Source of the DNA: Eukaryota sp. GEM-RC1 | Taxonomy: Eukaryota | Direction of reading: 5' to 3' | Length of the DNA stretch: 64,000 nt | Assembly: GCA_040285855.1 (NCBI GenBank) | Contig: JAUFOQ010000001.1 | Location: forward strand, 186,001-250,000 | Position numbers and translations under genes: made by a program | The notes under the pieces: model-generated | What the model saw: the letters and a program-made list of their open reading frames with translations, nothing else | What the model was told of the DNA's origin: nothing | Databases searched by the model: none | Shown: positions 32,621-44,996 of the stretch, piece by piece | Position numbering within the stretch: the first letter of the stretch is position 1 | Layout of the letters: each line of letters begins with the position of its first letter

Positions 32621-35600
32621 TTAACGTTTCTTTCTGGGTGAAGTTCGAGTGGTAGTCTTGGAAGACTGTTTCTTCAGGAAGATAGAGTAAGCGGCGGTGT
32701 TGCGAATCTCAGAGAGAGGTTCCCAGTAGGTTCGGATGCACCGACCCACCTGACGAGGCAACGCTGGCGAGTAGTGTCGATGTTCAGGACTTCTTCGACG
32801 AGATGTTCAGCACGGTCTTGAGCAGCAACGGCTGAAAGGTAGTCAGGGTTAGTTGACTGAGGGAGGAAGGGTTGTAAAAAGAGATATTGGCTAGAGTTTC
32901 TGAGCCAGTCAATAGGTTTAGAATTTTCACACGATTTCGACCTGAGAAGACCTTGGTAACGAGGAAGGGACCTTTCCAGAGGCTTTGAAGCTTGGCGGAC
33001 TTATCGAAAGCTCGGAGCACCGACGATGGAATCGACCATCGATACACAAGACTTCAACCAAAACTCAGCAGTGAGACTTTCGTGGCACTTGACTTGGCCA
33101 CTGGGGCGATCGCGAGGTAGGGATCCTTTGTCTGGCCCCAACACCAAGTCACCCATGTATCCCAGCGGCAGCCATGACTGAGATACCTTTAGTAAGGATG
33201 TCGTCTTGCGTACTTCAGAACTCAACCTAGACACCAACCTAGAAAGCAAATCAGCGAAAAGGTTGGACTCGCCGTCGACGTGGAAGACGTCAAAATCAAG
33301 GGCACATAAGAGAGGAAGCCACCTCTTCACGATCCGTGACTTTTCAGGGGCAGTCAGCAGATAAGCAAGGTTCTTGTGGTCACAGTATAACTTAATCTTG
33401 CGATTGAGGAGAAGATAACTAAGATTAGGCTGCGTCAAGGTTGCGACAATAGCGTAGAGCTCTTGTTGAATAATAGGCCAATTCTTTTGTTTTAGAATAG
33501 AAGGAAATAGGAGCTAACTTAAGGTTAGCGAAGTTAGACGGGGAAGGAGCTTCTGAGTTAGGTAAACGACGCCAAACGACGCCAGAGACGGCGTATTCGC
33601 TTGCGTCAGTGCTCACGATTAAGTCTTCGTCAGGCTGTGGGAGAGAGAGATAGAGTTACCAATTAGTTCTTTGATCTTCTTGAAGCAAGTTGTATGATCG
33701 TGAGTCCAGCGGGTCTTCACTTGGTAATTTTTTTTGGATTCTGGGTCTTCGCCCTTCTTTTCAAAAGTTCGGTGAGTGGCTTGATCAGAGAGGATACATT
33801 CGGCAACCAGTCTCGAATATAATTAATGCTTCCAATAAAGCTTCGGAGTTCGTGAACATTTTCAGGGATGGGTATTTCTAAGATGGCTTTAATTCGGTCT
33901 TTATCAATTCGGCGGGTTCCGTTTTGAAAGATGCTTCCAAGGATCTTAACTTCGGAACTTTTTGTAAGGAAGGAGCATTTTCTTTTCCTAGTCGTACTCG
34001 GCGGTGAATACATCTAGCTAAAATTTGTTTAAGAGTTGAAAGAAATCGTTCTTCGTCATCAGCAGCGATGATGATATCATCTAGGTAGATAAACACACCA
34101 GGGATGTCTTTAAAAATTTCGGACATGGTGTTCTAGAACACGGCTGGTACGTTCTTCAAGCCAAAGGCGGCTCTAGTAAAGCGAATAGCTCGGCCTGGGA
34201 TTTTCAGTGTTGTCTTATCGAAATCTTTTTCTTCAATCCTCAGTTGCCAAAAGGCTCGTGGTAGATCCAATGTGACAATGAACTCAGCAGAGCTTAAAAA
34301 TTCTAAGATGTCAAAAATCTTGGGGAGGTTGGCTTCAACAGGGATGGACATGGCATTGACTCCATCGCTGCCAGAGTAATCGCCAGTAAGTCTTGGTTTC
34401 CTATCGTCGTCATAAGTGACTAAGACGATTGGGCTTCCGTGAGGGCAGTTAGGATCGGCTTCTTCAACGAATCCAGCTGATGTTAGTTCGTCAAAAATTT
34501 CGTTAGCTATCGCCAGTCGATCAGGGTTGATTCGACGGGGAGGTTTGTTTACGATTACGTTCTCGTCAACGTATTCTAAACTCATTGGAGGGGCATCTAT
34601 TCCTTCAGAATGAGGGGGACCGAAGGCTTCTTCATGTTCGTTTAGGAGTTCCAGCAGCTTTTCTTCGGATTGACTTGGGAGCTCAATGCGGCATTCTTTA
34701 AATGAATCTTCCTTGGTACGATGATTTTCTTAAGCCTTCAGGGTTCTAGGGGAGATTGGATCAAATGATCAAAGTCGTCTTCAGCAGTTAATAGAGTATT
34801 TCGTTTGTCGTTGATTCTGATGTTAAGTCCATCAGCAGTTAGTAAGTCCGAGGCATTTCAGTACGTCACAGCCTATGAGGAGTTGGTTTTTGCCAGCTAA
34901 AACGGGAAGTTTGACTTCTAAGTGGACACGTTTAGGGGATTCATTAAGAGAGATAGTTCGGTATGGTATCTACCTTGGCTCTTCACAATTCGGCCATCGG
35001 CAACTTCGAATTCATTAACTTTGGAATGATCGAGATGTCCGACGTTTTCGTCAATCAAATCAGCGGTGATGCAGGACTTGATACAGCCTGTATCAATCAA
35101 TCCACGAACCTTGCGGGTGCCGACTAAAACGTCTAGTTCTAGAAGAGGGGACGAAGCAGTGGCTTTGAAAAGTCCTTTGGCGGAGGTTCTGACAAAGTTA
35201 GGAGTATCAGAGTCTGAATCAGAAATGAAGGAACTAATATGAGGCTTTGGAACATTAGCTGGTTGGGAAGCCTTAGCAGTTGACTTTTGACGTGTGTTAT
35301 GAGTCTGTAAGTGAGTGGGGTTTCTGGGGTTCTTGCTTTTGTAGTTTGTGTTATTGATAGTTCTGGTGGAAGGAGAGTGGCATTCACTAGCATAGTGACC
35401 CTTTTGTTGCAATTGGAAACAAGTAATGGTACTTTTGTCAGGGGTACGAGGAGTACGTGGTTCAGAACGAGGAGTATTGAATCTAGGGGAAGGAGCGGGG
35501 GATGAATAGTTAGATCGAGAGTTGGACATAGAAGATCGAGGTCCTGGTGAATTACGAGGATTAGAGAATCGTTTGAAGGAACGTCTCTGGTTAGTGTTTC

Positions 35601-36649
35601 GGTTGGAGGAGGGTTCAGCGGCCTTAAGTCGGGAGGAATGTTCGAGATGAACAGTCAAGAGTTGATGAGTTTCTTGAATAAGTTGATAAAAAGTGGATCT
35701 GTTTAAAGTCTACGGCTTTCTTGAGAGTGGAGGAGATTGAATCGGGTTTGAGATTCTTGAGGAATTCTAGCATTAGTTGCTTCTGGGGGATGTCGAGTTC
35801 GGAGAGTCTTCTACAAGTCTTAGAGAATGAGGCAATGTAGTCGAATAAGCGACTGAAAGGATCACGGATGGAATGATTCATGGACGAAGATGAAAGGAGG
35901 CGGACAGCATGTTCTAAGGTCTTGACTTTAGTCAGGTCAATGAGGAAGTTCCATAAAGTAAATTGGTTTGTTAGAGAGTGAGGGGAAATGAGATGGATGG
36001 AATTCATGACATCGCGGGATACAAAGACGGGAAAATCGTCTGGAGGAGTTAGAGTGTCTTCAAGTGGTGAAGGGATAGTGGCGGCGGTTACTCCTGTCAC
36101 GTTTTCTTCGGCTTCAGCAGTAATGGCGGAGCGAGCACTTTCTAATTGTTCTTTTAGTTCTGGTGAGAGGTTCAGTTCTAACAGGGAGTCAAGGGAACCG
36201 ATGGTAGGTTCAGAGGTAGCAGTGGAGGTTCTTGGTACCGTGTAAATATAGCTTCCGAAAAGTGAGTTATCGGAGTCTTCTTTTGTAATGGCATAAGCGG
36301 CCATATCGTCTATCCAGGATAGAATGTGTTCGGCGTCCAAAGTCTTGAGAAGGGGTACTTTGGTTCTTATTCCCTTTCTTCCGAGGGAGGAGTTCAGCAA
36401 GGCGACGTTACGGTCGGAGTTCCTTGTTTCTTGGACAGTTTCTTCGAGGTCTGTGTCCGAGGCGTAGTTCAGCGAACGGAGGGACAGAGGAGCGGCGGCA
36501 ACTTCTGGGCGGCGGCTCGAATAAAGGTTCGGATGAGAGGAGGCATGGCAGCAGTCCTCATCATCTACGGTGACATGAATATGGTCACAATAATTATTGT
36601 TGACTATACCGTCAAATGGGGTACTAGTATCAGAGAAAATATAAGACAT
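32621..36649 (-). pseudogene. gag-pol of unit 1 (representative): disrupted, integrase HHCC and DDE core absent
   Basis: Order gag-PR-RT-RH-(no IN core)-GPY/F-chromo 'EHLVEEVLNIDTTRQRCLVRWVGASEPT(W)EPLSEI'; TAG at 34133-34135 in 'PAVF*NTM'; several frameshifts; only ~250 bp between ADLLSR and KLQSLWKGPF. Confidence 0.88.
33024..33213 (-). other. Putative structured RNA element occupying the integrase-core position (present in all 7 units)
   Basis: Sense-strand stems read by eye: GUACGCAAGAC/GUCUUGUGUAU (11 bp), GUAUCUCAG/CUGGGAUAC, UGACUUGG/CCAAGUCA plus UGGGGC/GCCCCA, CGAUGG/CCAUCG; the non-Watson-Crick pairs are G-U only on this strand. Confidence 0.55.
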
Positions 36650-39600
36650 AGGTTTATGAGACGGAGATAAGTAAAATCTATAAGGTAAAAATATAAAAAT
36701 AAACAACATTGGTCTTCTCTCTTCTTTTCGAGGGTAAAAATCAAATCTAGGGGGGTTGAAGTTGATTAACGTTTCTTTCTGGGTGAAGTTCGAGTGGTAG
36801 TCTTGGAAGACTGTTTCTTCAGGAAGATAGAGTAAGCGGCGGTGTTGCGAATCTCAGAGAGAGGTTCCCAGTAGGTTCGGATGCACCGACCCACCTGACA
36901 AGGCAACGCTGGCGAGTAGTGTCGATGTTCAGGACTTCTTCGACGAGATGTTCAGCACGGTCTTGAGCAGCAACGGCTGAAAGGTAGTCAGGGTTAGTTG
37001 ACTGAGGGAGGAAGGGTTGTAAAAAGAGATATTGGCTAGAGTTTCTGAGCCAGTCAATAGGTTTAGAATTTTCACATGATTTCGACCTGAGAAGACCTTG
37101 GTAACGAGGAAGGGACCTTTCCAGAGGCTTTGAAGCTTGGCGGACTTATCGAAAGCTCGGAGCACCGACGATGGAATCGACCATCGATACACAAGACTTC
37201 AACCAAAACTCAGCAGTGAGACTTTCGTGGCACTTGACTTGGCCACTGGGGCGATCGCGAGGTAGGGATCCTTTGTCTGGCCCCAACACCAAGTCACCCA
37301 TGTATCCCAGCGGCAGCCATGACTGAGATACCTTTAGTAAGGATGTCGTCTTGCGTACTTCAGAACTCAACATAGGCACCAACCTAGAAAGCAAATCAGC
37401 GAAAAGGTTGGACTCGCCGTCGACGTGGAAGACGTCAAAATCAAGGGCACATAAGAGAGGAAGCCACCTCTTCACGATCCGTGACTTTTCAGGGGCAGTC
37501 AGCAGATAAGCAAGGTTCTTGTGGTCACAGTATAACTTAATCTTGCGATTGAGGAGAAGATAACTAAGATTAGGCTGCGTCAAGGTTGCGACAATAGCGT
37601 AGAGCTCTTGTTGAATAATAGGCCAATTCTTTGTTTTAGAATAGAAGGAAATAGGAGCTAACTTAAGGTTAGCGAAGTTAGACGGGGAAGGAGCTTCTGA
37701 GTTAGGTAAACGACGCCAAACGACGCCAGAGACGGCGTATTCGCTTGCGTCAGTGCTCACGATTAAGTCTTCGTCAGGCTGTGGGAGAGAGAGAGATAGA
37801 GTTACCAATTAGTTCTTTGATCTTCTTGAAGCAAGTTGTATGATCGTGAGTCCAGCGGGTCTTCACTTGGTAATTTTTTTTGGATTCTGGGTCTTCGCCC
37901 TTCTTTTCAAAAGTTCGGTGAGTGGCTTGATCAGAGAGGATACATTCGGCAACCAGTCTCGAATATAATTAATGCTTCCAATAAAGCTTCGGAGTTCGTG
38001 AACATTTTCAGGGATGGGTATTTCTAAGATGGCTTTAATTCGGTCTTTATCAATTCGGCGGGTTCCGTTTTGAAAGATGCTTCCAAGGATCTTAACTTCG
38101 GAACTTTTTGTAAGGAAGGAGCATTTTCTTTTCCTAGTCGTACTCGGCGGTGAATACATCTAGCTAAAATTTGTTTAAGAGTTGAAAGAAATCGTTCTTC
38201 GTCATCAGCAGCGATGATGATATCATCTAGGTAGATAAACACACCAGGGATGTCTTTAAAAATTTCGGACATGGTGTTCTAGAACACGGCTGGTACGTTC
38301 TTCAAGCCAAAGGCGGCTCTAGTAAAGCGAATAGCTCGGCCTGGGATTTTCAGTGTTGTCTTATCGAAATCTTTTTCTTCAATCCTCAGTCGCCAAAAGG
38401 CTCGTGGTAGATCCAATGTGGCAATGAACTCAGCAGAGCTTAAAAATTCTAAGATGTCAAAAAATCTTGGGAGGTTGGCTTCAACAGGGATGGACATGGC
38501 ATTGACTCCATCGCTGCCAGAGTAATCGCCAGTAAGTCTTGGTTTCCTATCGTCGTCATAAGTGACTAAGACGATTGGGCTTCCGTGAGGGCAGTTAGGA
38601 TCGGCTTCTTCAACGAATCCAGCTGATGTTAGTTCGTCAAAAATTTCGTTAGCTATCGCCAGTCGATCAGGGTTGATTCGACGGGGAGGTTTGTTTACGA
38701 TTACGTTCTCGTCAACGTATTCTAAACTCATTGGAGGGGCATCTATTCCTTCAGAATGAGGGGGACCGAAGGCTTCTTCATGTTCGTTTAGGAGTTCCAG
38801 CAGCTTTTCTTCGGATTGGCTTGGGAGCTCAATGCGGCATTCTTTAAATGAATCTTCCTTGGTACGATGATTTTCTTAAGCCTTCAGGGTTCTAGGGGAG
38901 ATTGGATCAAATGATCAAAGTCGTCTTCAGCAGTTAATAGAGTATTTCGTTTGTCGTTGATTCTGATGTTAAGTCCATCAGCAGTTAGTAAGTCCGAGGC
39001 ATTTCAGTACGTCACAGCCTATGAGGAGTTGGTTTTTGCCAGCTAAAACGGGAAGTTTGACTTCTAAGTGGACACGTTTAGGGGATTCATTAAGAGAGAT
39101 AGTTCGGTATGGTATCTACCTTGGCTCTTCACAATTCGGCCATCGGCAACTTCGAATTCATTAACTTTGGAATGATCGAGATGTCCGACGTTTTCGTCAA
39201 TCAAATCAGCGGTGATGCAGGACTTGATACAGCCTGTATCAATCAATCCACGAACCTTGCGGGTGCCGACTAAAACGTCTAGTTCTAGAAGAGGGACGAA
39301 GCAGTGGCTTTGAAAAGTCCTTTGGCGGAGGTTCTGACAAAGTTAGGAGTATCAGAGTCTGAATCAGAAATGAAGGAACTAATATGAGGCTTTGGAACAT
39401 TAGCTGGTTGGGAAGCCTTAGCAGTTGACTTTTGACGTGTGTTATGAGTCTGTAAGTGAGTGGGGTTTCTGGGGTTCTTGCTTTTGTAGTTTGTGTTATT
39501 GATAGTTCTGGTGGAAGGAGAGTGGCATTCACTAGCATAGTGACCCTTTTGTTGCAATTGAAACAAGTAATGGTACTTTTGTCAGGGGTACGAGGAGTAC

Positions 39601-40851
39601 GTGGTTCAGAACGAGGAGTATTGAATCTAGGGGAAGGAGCGGGGGACGAATAGTTAGATCGAGAGTTGGACATAGAAGATCGAGGTCCTGGTGAATTACG
39701 AGGATTAGAGAATCGTTTGAAGGAACGTCTCTGGTTAGTGTTTCGGTTGGAGGAGGGTTCAGCGGCCTTAAGTCGGGAGGAATGTTCGAGATGAACAGTC
39801 AAGAGTTGATGAGTTTCTTGAATAAGTTGATAAAAGTGGATCTGTTTAAAGTCTACGGCTTTCTTGAGAGTGGAGGAGATTGAATCGGGTTTGAGATTCT
39901 TGAGGAATTCTAGCATTAGTTGCTTCTGGGGGATGTCGAGTTCGGAGAGTCTTCTACAAGTCTTAGAGAATGAGGCAATGTAGTCGAATAAGCGACTGAA
40001 AGGATCACGGATGGAATGATTCATGGACGAAGATGAAAGGAGGCGGACAGCATGTTCTAAGGTCTTGACTTTAGTCAGGTCAAGGAGGAAGTTCCATAAA
40101 GTAAATTGGTTTGTTAGAGAGTGAGGGGAAATGAGATGGATGGAATTCATGACATCGCGGGATACAAAGACGGGAAAATCGTCTGGAGGAGTTAGAGTGT
40201 CTTCAAATGGTGAAGGGATAGTGGCGGCGGTTACTCCTGTCACGTTTTCTTCGGCTTCAGCAGTAATGGCGGAGCGAGCACTTTCTAATTGTTCTTTTAG
40301 TTCTGGTGAGAGGTTCAGTTCTAACAGGGAGTCAAGGGAACCGATGGTAGGTTCAGAGGTAGCAGTGGAGGTTCTTGGTACCGTGTAAATATAGCTTCCG
40401 AAAAGTGAGTTATCGGAGTCTTCTTTTGTAATGGCATAAGCGGCCATATCGTCTATCCAGGATAGAATGTGTTCGGCGTCCAAAGTCTTGAGAAGGGGTA
40501 CTTTGGTTCTTATTCCCTTTCTTCCGAGGGAGGAGTTCAGCAAGGCGACGTTACGGTCGGAGTTCCTTGTTTCTTGGACAGTTTCTTCGAGGTCTGTGTC
40601 CGAGGCGTAGTTCAGCGAACGGAGGGACAGAGGAGCGGCGGCAACTTCTGGGCGGCGGCTCGAATAAAGGTTCGGATGAGAGGAGGCATGGCAGCAGTCC
40701 TCATCATCTACGGTGACATGAATATGGTCACAATAATTATTGTTGACTATACCGTCAAATGGGGTACTAGTATCAGAGAAAATATAAGACATAGGTTTAT
40801 GAGACGGAGATAAGTAAAATCTATAAGGTAAAAATATAAAAATAAACAACA
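36598..40851 (-). mobile_element. Gypsy/chromovirus-like unit 2
   Basis: Near-identical to unit 1; RT TAG at 38279-38281. Confidence 0.93.
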
Positions 40852-43800
40852 TTGGTCTTCTCTCTCTTCTTTTCGAGGGTAAAAATCAAATCTAGGGGGT
40901 TGAAGTTGATTAACGTTTCTTTCTGGGTGAAGTTCGAGTGGTAGTCTTGGAAGACTGTTTCTTCAGGAAGATAGAGTAAGCGGCGGTGTTGCGAATCTCA
41001 GAGAGAGGTTCCCAGTAGGTTCGGATGCACCGACCCACCTGACGAGGCAACGCTGGCGAGTAGTGTCGATGTTCAGGACTTCTTCGACGAGATGTTCAGC
41101 ACGGTCTTGAGCAGCAACGGCTGAAAGGTAGTCAGGGTTAGTTGACTGAGGGAGGAAGGGTTGTAAAAAGAGATATTGGCTAGAGTTTCTGAGCCAGTCA
41201 ATAGGTTTAGAATTTTCACATGATTTCGACCTGAGAAGACCTTGGTAACGAGGAAGGGACCTTTCCAGAGGCTTTGAAGCTTGGCGGACTTATCGAAAGC
41301 TCGGAGCACCGACGATGGAATCGACCATCGATACACAAGACTTCAACCAAAACTCAGCAGTGAGACTTTCGTGGCACTTGACTTGGCCACTGGGGCGATC
41401 GCGAGGTAGGGATCCTTTGTCTGGCCCCAACACCAAGTCACCCATGTATCCCAGCGGCAGCCATGACTGAGATACCTTTAGTAAGGATGTCGTCTTGCGT
41501 ACTTCAGAACTCAACCTAGGCACCAACCTAGAAAGCAAATCAGCGAAAAGGTTGGACTCGCCGTCGACGTGGAAGACGTCAAAATCAAGGGCACATAAGA
41601 GAGGAAGCCACCTCTTCACGATCCGTGACTTTTCAGGGGCAGTCAGCAGATAAGCAAGGTTCTTGTGGTCACAGTATAACTTAATCTTGCGATTGAGGAG
41701 AAGATAACTAAGATTAGGCTGCGTCAAGGTTGCGACAATAGCGTAGAGCTCTTGTTGAATAATAGGCCAATTCTTTTGTTTTAGAATAGAAGGAAATAGG
41801 AGCTAACTTAAGGTTAGCGAAGTTAGACGGGGAAGGAGCTTCTGAGTTAGGTAAACGACGCCAAACGACGCCAGAGACGGCGTATTCGCTTGCGTCAGTG
41901 CTCACGATTAAGTCTTCGTCAGGCTGTGGGAGAGAGAGAGATAGAGTTACCAATTAGTTCTTTGATCTTCTTGAAGCAAGTTGTATGATCGTGAGTCCAG
42001 CGGGTCTTCACTTGGTAATTTTTTTTGGATTCTGGGTCTTCGCCCTTCTTTTCAAAAGTTCGGTGAGTGGCTTGATCAGAGAGGATACATTCGGCAACCA
42101 GTCTCGAATATAATTAATGCTTCCAATAAAGCTTCGGAGTTCGTGAACATTTTCAGGGATGTGTATTTCTAAGATGGCTTTAATTCGGTCTTTATCAATT
42201 CGGCGGGTTCCGTTTTGAAAGATGCTTCCAAGGATCTTAACTTCGGAACTTTTGTAAGGAAGGAGCATTTTCTTTTCCTAGTCGTACTCGGCGGTGAATA
42301 CATCTAGCTAAAATTTGTTTAAGTGTTGAAAGAAATCGTTCTTCGTCATCAGCAGCGATGATGATATCATCTAGGTAGATAAACACACCAGGGATGTCTT
42401 TAAAAATTTCGGACATGGTGTTCTAGAACACGGCTGGTACGTTCTTCAAGCCAAAGGCGGCTCTAGTAAAGCGAATAGCTCGGCCTGGGATTTTCAGTGT
42501 TGTCTTATCGAAATCTTTTTCTTCAATCCTCAGTCGCCAAAAGGCTCGTGGTAGATCCAATGTGACAATGAACTCAGCAGAGCTTAAAAATTCTAAGATG
42601 TCAAAAATCTTGGGGAGGTTGGCTTCAACAGGGATGGACATGGCATTGACTCCATCGCTGCCAGAGTAATCGCCAGTAAGTCTTGGTTTCCTATCGTCGT
42701 CATAAGTGACTAAGACGATTGGGCTTCCGTGAGGGCAGTTAGGATCGGCTTCTTCAACGAATCCAGCTGATGTTAGTTCGTCAAAATTTCGTTAGCTATC
42801 GCCAGTCGATCAGGGTTGATTCGACGGGGAGGTTTGTTTACGATTACGTTCTCGTCAACGTATTCTAAACTCATTGGAGGGGCATCTATTCCTTCAGAAT
42901 GAGGGGGACCGAAGGCTTCTTCATGTTCGTTTAGGAGTTCCAGCAGCTTTTCTTCGGATTGGCTTGGGAGCTCAATGCGGCATTCTTTAAATGAATCTTC
43001 CTTGGTACGATGATTTTCTTAAGCCTTCAGGGTTCTAGGGGAGATTGGATCAAATGATCAAAGTCGTCTTCAGCAGTTAATAGAGTATTTCGTTTGTCGT
43101 TGATTCTGATGTTAAGTCCATCAGCAGTTAGTAAGTCCGAGGCATTTCAGTACGTCACAGCCTATGAGGAGTTGGTTTTTGCCAGCTAAAACGGGAAGTT
43201 TGACTTCTAAGTGGACACGTTTAGGGGATTCATTAAGAGAGATAGTTCGGTATGGTATCTACCTTGGCTCTTCACAATTCGGCCATCGGCAACTTCGAAT
43301 TCATTAACTTTGGAATGATCGAGATGTCCGACGTTTTCGTCAATCAAATCAGCGGTGATGCAGGACTTGATACAGCCTGTATCAATCAATCCACGAACCT
43401 TGCGGGTGCCGACTAAAACGTCTAGTTCTAGAAGAGGGGACGAAGCAGTGGCTTTGAAAAGTCCTTTGGCGGAGGTTCTGACAAAGTTAGGAGTATCAGA
43501 GTCTGAATCAGAAATGAAGGAACTAATATGAGGCTTTGGAACATTAGCTGGTTGGGAAGCCTTAGCAGTTGACTTTTGACGTGTGTTATGAGTCTGTAAG
43601 TGAGTGGGGTTTCTGGGGTTCTTGCTTTTGTAGTTTGTGTTATTGATAGTTCTGGTGGAAGGAGAGTGGCATTCACTAGCATAGTGACCCTTTTGTTGCA
43701 ATTGGAAACAAGTAATGGTACTTTTGTCAGGGGTACGAGGAGTACGTGGTTCAGAACGAGGAGTATTGAATCTAGGGGAAGGAGCGGGGGATGAATAGTT

Positions 43801-44996
43801 AGATCGAGAGTTGGACATAGAAGATCGAGGTCCTGGTGAATTACGAGGATTAGAGAATCGTTTGAAGGAACGTCTCTGGTTAGTGTTTCGGTTGGAGGAG
43901 GGTTCAGCGGCCTTAAGTCGGGAGGAATGTTCGAGATGAACAGTCAAGAGTTGATGAGTTTCTTGAATAAGTTGATAAAAGTGGATCTGTTTAAAGTCTA
44001 CGGCTTTCTTGAGAGTGGAGGAGATTGAATCGGGTTTGAGATTCTTGAGGAATTCTAGCATTAGTTGCTTCTGGGGGATGTCGAGTTCGGAGAGTCTTCT
44101 ACAAGTCTTAGAGAATGAGGCAATGTAGTCGAATAAGCGACTGAAAGGATCACGGATGGAATGATTCATGGACGAAGATGAAAGGAGGCGGACAGCATGT
44201 TCTAAGGTCTTGACTTTAGTCAGGTCAATGAGGAAGTTCCATAAAGTAAATTGGTTTGTTAGAGAGTGAGGGGAAATGAGATGGATGGAATTCATGACAT
44301 CGCGGGATACAAAGACGGGAAAATCGTCTGGAGGAGTTAGAGTGTCTTCAAATGGTGAAGGGATAGTGGCGGCGGTTACTCCTGTCACGTTTTCTTCGGC
44401 TTCAGCAGTAATGGCGGAGCGAGCACTTTCTAATTGTTCTTTTAGTTCTGGTGAGAGGTTCAGTTCTAACAGGGAGTCAAGGGAACCGATGGTAGGTTCA
44501 GAGGTAGCAGTGGAGGTTCTTGGTACCGTGTAAATATAGCTTCCGAAAAGTGAGTTATCGGAGTCTTCTTTGTAATGGCATAAGCGGCCATATCGTCTAT
44601 CCAGGATAGAATGTGTTCGGCGTCCAAAGTCTTGAGAAGGGGTACTTTGGTTCTTATTCCCTTTCTTCCGAGGGAGGAGTTCAGCAAGGCGACGTTACGG
44701 TCGGAGTTCCTTGTTTCTTGGACAGTTTCTTCGAGGTCTGTGTCCGAGGCGTAGTTCAGCGAACGGAGGGACAGAGGAGCGGCGGCAACTTCTGGGCGGC
44801 GGCTCGAATAAAGGTTCGGATGAGAGGAGGCATGGCAGCAGTCCTCATCATCTACGGTGACATGAATATGGTCACAATAATTATTGTTGACTATACCGTC
44901 AAATGGGGTACTAGTATCAGAGAAAATATAAGACATAGGTTTATGAGACGGAGATAAGTAAAATCTATAAGGTAAAAAATATAAAAATAAACAACA
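40741..44996 (-). mobile_element. Gypsy/chromovirus-like unit 3
   Basis: Near-identical; RT TAG at 42423-42425. Confidence 0.93.

Larger units (their letters stand above)
32452..36708 (-). mobile_element. Gypsy/chromovirus-like unit 1 (LTRs 32452-32562 and 36598-36708)
   Basis: gag, CCHC knuckle, protease LIDTGC, RT LDLPRAFWQ/YLDD, RNase H TDAS..EL..CDH..ADLLSR, GPY/F (WKGPF), chromodomain. Confidence 0.93.

Noticed and set aside
33060..33160. HDV-like or hammerhead ribozyme in the structured cassette
   Set aside because: Only partial resemblance (CCUCGC loop, CGAA before a short pairing). P1.1/P2 topology and the CUGANGA core are not satisfied, so it is left as an unclassified structure.
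34133..34135. Alternative genetic code (TAG/TAA = Gln), suggested by TAG at a conserved RT Gln and an in-frame TAA in the ubiquitin-fusion gene
   Set aside because: Long ORFs (641-aa transposase, 564-aa fragment, LRR) contain many Gln codons with no in-frame TAR, and genes end at TAA/TAG where expected. Isolated nonsense changes or errors are simpler.
36326..36670. Plus-strand 114-aa, 85-aa and 63-65-aa ORFs repeated in every unit
   Set aside because: Antisense shadows of gag-pol with no recognisable motifs; their conservation reflects near-identical repeats.
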